Assembly: GCF_018977255.1 (NCBI RefSeq)
Contig: NW_024704742.1
Span: 95,792,001-95,856,000, forward strand
Direction of reading: 5' to 3'
DNA from: Callorhinchus milii
Taxonomy: Eukaryota
DNA: 64,000 bases
Under the pieces are notes generated by a model. That model was not told the DNA's origin. It saw only the letters and a program-made list of their open reading frames with translations, and did no database searches. This document shows positions 62,485 through 64,000 of this stretch, in pieces. The position numbers and the translations under genes were made by a program. The first letter of the stretch is position 1. Every line of letters starts with the position of its first letter.

Positions 62485-63894
62485 GGGCAGGACACTGGGA
62501 GAAACTCCCTTCTCTTTTCAAATAGTGCCATGGGATCTTTAATGTCCCAAGGGTGATCATTTCCAGCAAGCACACTTGAAATACTACTGTGCAGATGAGA
62601 GCACACCAAGAGAAGATAATAAGAATGCTTCAGTACAATAAGATGGGTGTGAGCAAAACTGTGGGGGTAGTGAGACTCATCTGATAATTTGCATCATTAC
62701 CGCATGAGAAGTTATCCCATACAGCATACAACAGAACACCACCCAACTACTGATGGATGGTCGTCCCCATAAACACATGTCATTCAAATGCTCCTGACTC
62801 AACTGAGTAAATTTCTCTCTTCCCAGTCAGAGGCTTGGTCTCCGCTGAAGAAATGATACTTTGGGGAGAGCTGAACCAGCCATTTTTATCCCCCTAAAAT
62901 CATGCTTCCTGACAGTTAATTATTGAGCAGACTGATCCCAATCACATAGAGGTCTACCATTCCTACTGTCAGGTTGAAGACACACAGTAAACAGCCCACA
63001 AAATGAATAAAATTGAACGTTCTTTCTGGTGAAATATGAAGCACAATGTAATAGGAAAGCTTGCTTCTTCCTTCTTAAAAAAAGTGTTAAATATTTTAAG
63101 AATGCAGCAGCTGCTCACTGTGATGATATCAGTGAATAGCAGCATCAATTATGTAACTGTGATTAAATTGGCAATCCTCATCTCCAAGATCTACACGAAT
63201 AGCCGGTGTGGGAGATGGAAATGGGGCAGTGGAGAGTGCTCTTCTGAGTTGGAGCTAAGGCAAGTTAATGGGGGCAGAGCGAAGGGAGCTTTGCTCTGCA
63301 GCTGGCTATATTATACTTGATCTGGGAATACGTGATGCTGATACAGGGTTCGTGGACATGAGAAAGTGGCTTCATTCACCAGCATTTAAGAAATAGAGCT
63401 GGAGTAAATGGAAAAACTAACTGGCATCAGCAATGCCATTTGGCGTAAGGGATGTCTGCATTTATAGCTTATGATTTCAGGGAAAATTCAGAAATGTGTC
63501 CCATTATCGATTTCACTGAGGAGAATACTGCAGGCAGGGGAATTTTATCAGGGCATAAAATTAGACAAGTAACATAGTGAAATGACCCCCTGGAGCCATG
63601 CAACACAGATTAAATCTACCCCCCAACCCCACCTGCCATTCAGCTTGGCTCCATTAGTGCCTGGAAGATGGTTCCTCACAAAGGGAATGATCAGAGGGTG
63701 GGTACTGACACCCTGCTCCCCAGAGCCCCCTGATGGCCAGGTTAAGAATTTCACCAGCAAGAATTTGAAAGCAACTCATCTGGCTATTTTCCCTACTACA
63801 ACAGCTTGCATATATATAGCGCCCTTCATGAGGGGTAGCGTCCTGGAGCGCTTAACAGTGACTACTGGAGTTTTTGAATGAAATATGGAAACCA

Positions 63895-64000
63895 TGAAGA
63901 GAGGCAGGGAAAGAGAGATAAAGAGGGGGGAGAGGGAAAGTGAGTGGGAGAAAGAGAGAGAGAAAGAGAGAGAAGGGAGGGAAAGAGAGATAGAAGGGAA
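63895..64000. repeat. GA-rich low-complexity tract
   Basis: Almost purely purine on the + strand. Confidence 0.9.

Overview
Eukaryotic, repeat-dense vertebrate DNA, most likely from a cartilaginous fish (inferred from the repeat families). It is dominated by decayed non-LTR retrotransposons: many L2-clade LINE 3' fragments with (GTT)n tails, CR1-clade fragments with (TTCTATGA)n tails including one 5'-intact but 3'-truncated copy, a tRNA-Ala(UGC)-derived SINE, Deu-domain (SacSINE1-like) SINEs, LF-SINE-like relics and AT-rich fold-back elements. Most of the longer ORFs are LINE fragments or their antisense shadows. I recognise no host gene. Several weak-to-moderate exon candidates exist: a + strand chain that looks non-coding, a possible gene 3' end at 1.5-2.2 kb, and a 441-nt open exon on the - strand at 57.8-58.2 kb. 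I cannot demonstrate a novel biological system here. The best leads are the unexplained exon candidates, a fold-back element family, LF-SINE-like relics and cleanly resolvable nested insertions. Repeat boundaries are approximate and family names come from recalled motifs, not database searches.
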